Source: a virus | IMG/VR virus record: IMGVR_UViG_3300050015_000167 | Location: 1-64,000 of that record | Length of the DNA stretch: 64,000 bases | Strand: one strand, 5' to 3' | Shown here: positions 61,576 through 64,000 of the stretch, one piece after another | Numbering within the stretch: position 1 is the first letter of the stretch | How the letters are laid out: the number at the start of each line of letters is the position of its first letter | Notes under the pieces: generated by a model | Databases searched by the model: none | Told to the model about the DNA's origin: nothing | What the model saw: the letters and a program-made list of their open reading frames with translations, nothing else | Position numbers and translations under genes: made by a program

Positions 61576-61606
61576 CATTATAGCCCAAACGTGCTATAAT
61601 TGATTT
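61572..61606 (+). promoter_or_regulatory. sigma70-like promoter, 6 nt before the GTG start
   Basis: TTGACA 61572-61577 (overlaps the upstream TGA); 17 bp; TGcTATAAT (-10 at 61595-61600); 6 nt; GTG 61607. Confidence 0.55.
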
Positions 61607-63919
61607 GTGACTACAACCCCCGTCAACGTACAAGCGAAAAAGATGCTTGCCAAGATTTTGGCAACGGAAAATATTACCATTGTCCATGCAGGTGTCCGTA
61701 CCGCTACCTTTGATTTGAAACGCCGGATACTTACTCTTCCAATTTGGAAGGATATGTCCGGTGATGTTTATGATTTACTATTGATGCATGAAGTTGCCCA
61801 CGCATTATTTTCCTCTAATATAGGACCTCTACTTCTACCTGCTTGTGAAAAGATTGATCCAAAATTCCCTAAAGCTGCAAAGCGTTTTATTAATGTTGTC
61901 CTTGATGCTAAAGATGAACGTTTAATAAAAGCAACATATCCTGGTGGTAGAGGATCATTCATTCGTGGTTATGCTGAATTGATAGAACGCAATTTCTTCG
62001 GCACCAAAGATCAGGATATTAATGATTTTGGAATCGTTGATCGTCTTAATATGTATTTCAAGACAGGAAATTTAGATATTGAATTTTCAGATAAAGAAAT
62101 GGATTTTATTCGTGAAATTGAAAAAGTTATGACGTTCGAAAAGGTTGTAAATATTTGCGAACGTCTTTACCAATATGCCAAGGAAGAACGAGATAGAAAA
62201 AAGGCTGAAGAGGAAGAAGACGGCGAAGATGAGTCCGAAGAAAAGAATCAAGATAGCACGGAACAGAAAAAGAATAAGAGTTCAAAGTCCAAAGAAGAGG
62301 ACGATGAAGACGATGAACTAATAGATCCGGACGATGAATCTGGAGATGAATCAGGAGACGGTGAAGAAACCGACGAAGATTCAGGAGAAACTGAAGATGA
62401 AACCGATGAAGCCGGCGAAACCACTGAAGCCGAAGAAACCGACGAAGATGCTACGGACGATGAAGACGAAAAATCCTCTGAAACCGATAAAACCAAAACT
62501 ACCGAAGATAACGTAGATGATTCTCCAATTGAATCGGTAACAGATAAAACTTGGGAAGAAACTCAAGAGGATCTCTGTGATCCTAATGCACGGCCAATAT
62601 TATATTTGGGAATTCCTATACCTAAATTAAATAAAATTATTGTCCCGTATAAAACAGTACATGAAGAGATTCGTAAGTTTTATACTTCTGGAGAAATTAT
62701 CAAGCAACATACTATTGAATTTGATCGATTTAAACAAGAAAATAAACCGGTTGTCGATTGGTTGATTAAAGAATTTGAATTACATAAATCTGCCGATCAA
62801 TATGCCAGAACAAAGACGGCAAAAACTGGTATATTAAATCTCAATCGTTTGAGTCAATATAAGTTTTCTGATGATATGATGTTAAAGGTATCTGCTATTA
62901 CGGGCGGGCAAAATCATGCGTTAGAGATCTTTATTGATTGGAGTGGTTCTATGAATAGTCATGTTTTGGGAACTATTCATCAGGTAATTAATCTTGCAAC
63001 TTTTGCTCGTAAAGAACAAATACCTTTTAATGCATATACTTTTGGTTCTTTGTGCGTTCATTCTAAACAAAAGGATTATAGTTTTAGCCATGCTAATATG
63101 GATGAATTTGAACATCATCCTAATGATTTCGCATTCTTTGTTGGATTTAAATTAAGACAAATACTTTCTAATAAAATGTCAGCTTCAGAATTTAATGAAG
63201 CTTGCGTTAATTTATTAATGTTGGCATCTGGTGCTACGAGAGGATATAGTACAAATAGATTTATTTGTAATATGCCTGGTCTTCCTAAAAATGATTGTAT
63301 GGGTGGAACACCATTGAATGAGGCAATGACAGCGGCATCATATATTGTTGATGAATTACGCCTTAAATCTAATATACAAATTGTGAATGTTATTTTCATT
63401 ACTGATGGTGAAGCTACTACAGATGGAAGATATGTTCGAAATGAATTTGGTGATTGTAGTACAATTGACTATGGAAAAGAAGATGTATTTTTAAGAGATA
63501 CAAATACACATATAGATTATCCATTAGGTAATGATGGTATAGAGAATACACGTCAATTTATTAATATATTGCGAAACCGAACCAAAGTTAATGTTATTGG
63601 GTTTTTCATTTCTGGAGATAAAGAAGATAAAATAGATGAAACTATTTCCAAATATTGTCATACTCGTTGGTTAAAAACTGAAGAGAAGGAAAAACTTCAT
63701 AAGGAATTAATAGATAATAATTTTATTTTGGTAAAAGATATGGGTTATAGTGAATTCTATTTGATACCTGGAGGAAGTAAATTACGAATTAATCTTCCTA
63801 GAACACAATTGAATCCTATGATGAGTACCCACCAGATGGTTACAGCAATGACTCAACATGGTTTAGAACAACGAAAACAAAGGGTAGTTTTAACCAGATT
63901 CATTAAGTTGATATCCTAG
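61607..63919 (+). CDS. vWA-domain protein, CobT-like, with N-terminal HExxH motif and a long poly-acidic tract
   Basis: HEVAH near the N-terminus; E/D-rich tract about 62190-62525; MIDAS-like IFIDWSGSMNSH and a later ITDGEAT. Confidence 0.65.
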   Translation: MTTTPVNVQAKKMLAKILATENITIVHAGVRTATFDLKRRILTLPIWKDMSGDVYDLLLMHEVAHALFSSNIGPLLLPACEKIDPKFPKAAKRFINVVLDAKDERLIKATYPGGRGSFIRGYAELIERNFFGTKDQDINDFGIVDRLNMYFKTGNLDIEFSDKEMDFIREIEKVMTFEKVVNICERLYQYAKEERDRKKAEEEEDGEDESEEKNQDSTEQKKNKSSKSKEEDDEDDELIDPDDESGDESGDGEETDEDSGETEDETDEAGETTEAEETDEDATDDEDEKSSETDKTKTTEDNVDDSPIESVTDKTWEETQEDLCDPNARPILYLGIPIPKLNKIIVPYKTVHEEIRKFYTSGEIIKQHTIEFDRFKQENKPVVDWLIKEFELHKSADQYARTKTAKTGILNLNRLSQYKFSDDMMLKVSAITGGQNHALEIFIDWSGSMNSHVLGTIHQVINLATFARKEQIPFNAYTFGSLCVHSKQKDYSFSHANMDEFEHHPNDFAFFVGFKLRQILSNKMSASEFNEACVNLLMLASGATRGYSTNRFICNMPGLPKNDCMGGTPLNEAMTAASYIVDELRLKSNIQIVNVIFITDGEATTDGRYVRNEFGDCSTIDYGKEDVFLRDTNTHIDYPLGNDGIENTRQFINILRNRTKVNVIGFFISGDKEDKIDETISKYCHTRWLKTEEKEKLHKELIDNNFILVKDMGYSEFYLIPGGSKLRINLPRTQLNPMMSTHQMVTAMTQHGLEQRKQRVVLTRFIKLIS

Positions 63920-63930
63920 CCAAATATTTC

Positions 63931-63959
63931 TTGACTTTTGGCTTGATATAATGTATAAT
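63931..63959 (+). promoter_or_regulatory. sigma70-like promoter at the right edge
   Basis: TTGACT 63931-63936; 17 bp; TATAAT 63954-63959; the target gene lies beyond the window. Confidence 0.45.
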
Positions 63960-64000
63960 AGTAAAGTGTGATTAAACATAGCAATTGAGGTATTTAATAA

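Noticed and set aside
1-64000. Whole contig as a chimeric mis-assembly of a GC-rich and an AT-rich genome
   Set aside because: This is not fully excluded. It is disfavoured by the in-frame junction at about 40290 and by the same promoter geometry and signal-peptide style on both sides. The gradual transition at 10.9-11.4 kb and the GC-rich island embedded between AT-rich genes also argue against it. Read-level validation is still required.

Overview
This window is a fragment of a T4-like myovirus genome. The core genes all lie on the + strand in the order typical of marine-type T4-like phages: neck g14-like, g15, g16 (terS), g17 (terL), g18 sheath, g19 tube, g20 portal, g21 protease, g22 scaffold, g23 capsid, a g3/g19-family protein, uvsY, uvsW, g55 late sigma, g47 and g46. 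From about 11.4 kb onward the backbone is AT-rich (hand spot counts 22-38% GC).

Three things stand out.

1. The left 11 kb is compositionally foreign (spot count about 57% GC). It holds about 30 tiny genes. Many sit in their own unit of hairpin, 15-bp palindrome CTGTTATCATAACAG and consensus sigma70 promoter, with the -10 box only 5-6 nt from the ATG (leaderless design).

2. The conserved structural module is split by two accessory blocks.
- 8.2 kb between terS and terL carries two collagen-like GXT fibre genes, three tandem paralogs of 7 x 43-aa repeats, and a glycosyl/methyltransferase fusion.
- 7.2 kb between g23 and the g3-like gene contains a 3.3-kb GC-rich island. The island holds an in-frame mosaic gene, an LRR protein built from ten near-identical 69-bp repeats, an exported protein and a tyrosine recombinase. 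It abuts a frameshifted AT-rich paralog of that recombinase.

3. There are nine free-standing homing-endonuclease genes, several with their own promoters.

I recognised no rRNA, tRNA or CRISPR array. All functional calls rest on motifs, size and synteny read by eye; no database search or computation was run. Coordinates of non-ORF features may be off by 1-2 nt.
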